Of a stretch of 64,000 nt of DNA, positions 61,905-64,000 are shown one piece after another. Position 1 is the first letter of the stretch, and every line of letters begins with the position of its first letter. The stretch covers positions 18,602,001 to 18,666,000 of the forward strand of contig NC_086118.1 of NCBI RefSeq assembly GCF_963921235.1, read 5' to 3'. The DNA comes from Mobula hypostoma. Its lineage: Eukaryota. The notes beneath the pieces are model-generated. The model saw nothing but the letters and a program-made list of their open reading frames with translations, did not search any database and was not told the DNA's origin. The position numbers and the translations under genes are program-made.

Positions 61905-62318
61905 CTGGGACCCCTACTCTTTGTGATTTTTATTAATGACTGGGATGAAGAAGTTAAGAGATGGGTTAGTACATTTGTTGATGACACAAAGGTTGGAGGT
62001 GTTGTGGATAGTGTGGAGGGTTGTCAGAGGTTATAGTGGGACATTGATAGGATGCAAAAATAGACTGAGAAGTGGCAGATGGAGTTCAATCCAGATAAGT
62101 GTGAGGTAGTTCGTTTTGGTAGGTCAAATATGATGACAGAATATAGTATGAATGGTAAGATTTTTGGCAGTGTGGAAGACCAGAAGGATCTTGGGGTCTA
62201 AGTCCATTGGACACCCAAGGCTGCTGTGGTTAAGAAAGCATACGGTGCTTTGGCCTTCATCAATCGTGGGATTGAGTTTAGGAGCCAAGAGATAATGTTG
62301 CAGCTATAGAGGACCCTC
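61905..62318 (+). mobile_element. CR1 RT fragment
   Basis: VLGPLLFVIFIND..FVDDTKVGG..WQMEFNPDKCEV..GIEFRSQEIMLQLYRTL. Confidence 0.85.
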
Positions 62319-64000
62319 AAAAATGAGTGCAATTCAATATCTAGATGCATATCTTGGTAGCAGTTGCTGCACCAGTTCTTTCAATCACATGCAGTGCTGG
62401 TGTGATCTTGCGTGGCGGGTCGTTGCACTCTAATTGCGTAGTATTACACCAGCTGCTGGTGGACCATCAGAAGCAGTAGGTATCAGAAGGAGGCAGTGAA
62501 CAGAAAACACACACTTCTGGAGGTAAATTTTATTTATAAAAAATAGCAATATATAGAAAATATTTACATGAGTAAGAACAATTAAAAATTCTGACATTCT
62601 GCTTTAGGTTCCAAATCTTAGATCTCAAATGAAAACCAAATTACATTTTAGTTAGAATGAATGGAATTCATTAAATTAACCTGTTTTCAAATTCAAATTC
62701 AACCACCTCCACCACAATGTATCTATTTATACAGCTTAACTCCTTTTATGACAAATTATCCGATGTCACAGCTTTTAAACAAAGTAAATCTGATCATCAC
62801 TCATCAAAGTCCTTGCAAAAATGATCAGTTCTTCTAGAAAATCAAATTCAGATCCTTCGACTGAGAAATACAATTACACATCCAACCGTATTAAATCCTC
62901 TACGTCTTGAAGCATTCTGTTCTTGAGCTGGTTCTTCGACCTTGGGTGACTCACTATCTTGTTTCTTGGTTCATTGGTTGAAATGGTGAAGAAAACCTGA
63001 TCAAATCCTTTGGTATGGCTTAACGGAACATGGTAGAGGTCTTGGACCCCAGTCTCTGCCGATATCGTCTCACTGTAGCTGGTACTCGTTATAGCTGTAG
63101 CTTCAATAAATCTTTTATCAATATCATCTCTCCTCCAGGAGTTTATATCTTTTGTTAGTTTCTATAGTTTGCTGCATTTCTGTCACCAAGTTTCATGTCC
63201 TCTCTTCTCTGGCATTACATCTCATTCTCACAAGTTCTTTTTTGAAAACTGAAAATGAAGCCTCGCTTTCATCCCTCCACAGGTGGAGTTTTCTAACATT
63301 ACGTCTTTGAGTTTAATTAACCAAGGTTATTACACACAGTATACAGTATACTGTATCTTGAGTGTTGTTCTTCAAGGTTAAAGGATAGTGCCTGACCAGT
63401 TATTCATTCATCATTATTCATTCCTTAACAGGAAGAGCACTGTCGCTCTGCTGTAGACGATGAAGTGGTAGTCTTGTTTCTATTTACTAGAAGTGTATAC
63501 TCACATGAAGTGCAACACCATGAAAACACAATATATTTTCCCATCTATTAAATGCACAATGCATAATAAGCACAAGTGAAATTGCTCTAGACCCTCTGTT
63601 AAGCCTAATTTCCGTTTATCCTTTCATGACATTTGGCCATCACCCAGTGTCTCCTGCAAATCACTACACTGCATGCTTTTTTAAAGGTTACAATTCAAAA
63701 ATAGTCCTGATTCTAAGCCTATGTGGTGCTGATACAAACACTAGAGGCATATCCTTATTAAGAAGTTACATTTCATTATTTGTTTGAGAGGATATATCTC
63801 AATTTCTCTTGAATTTATATTTGTAATCAGTGTTTAGTTGCTTTAAAATAGGTTTTTTTTTTAATCAGCAGGGCATATGATATGCAAGTTGACTTTAGTT
63901 TGGATATATAGACAAGTAATGACTTCATAATGTTGTCTGCAGAGACAGGAAAATTCATTTTTATCATCTAAACAGAATTATGACCTTTCCTCTCATCAGA

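Noticed and set aside
62870..63300. Minus-strand ~95-codon open stretch with an upstream TTTTCAG acceptor
   Set aside because: No recognisable host protein; faint resemblance to a gypsy integrase tail (ILIKD..PATV..GP) but too degenerate to call either way

Overview
Repeat-dense vertebrate intronic or intergenic DNA. The repeat set (CR1, Rex1/Babar, Penelope pseudo-LTR fragments, V-SINE, DeuSINE) points to a cartilaginous fish, probably a ray; this is inference from repeat families only. I recognise no intact host protein-coding gene, and nearly all informative ORFs are decayed retroelement fragments. Main contents: (1) a ~620-bp nested palindromic mariner MITE (2533-3151); (2) a minus-strand I/Nimb-type LINE with RNase H (~10445-20770) carrying four nested insertions: a full-length CR1, an L1-type 3' end and two Penelope-derived hammerhead-ribozyme units; (3) an RT-deleted endogenous retrovirus remnant with LTR, tRNA-Pro PBS, gag, protease, RNase H, integrase tail and a possible env start (20859-~24330); (4) a minus-strand CR1, a sushi/chromodomain Ty3-gypsy and a second gypsy element (37.7-52 kb); (5) solo LTRs, SINEs (one with a tRNA head and RTE tail) and Rex-tailed non-autonomous elements. 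Repeat-poor unique blocks look like conserved non-coding DNA, and one contains a strong candidate 93-nt minus-strand cassette exon (55780-55872). No CRISPR array, rRNA or true tRNA gene was seen. Family assignments come from motif recognition by eye, and element boundaries are approximate unless a TSD or terminal motif is quoted.
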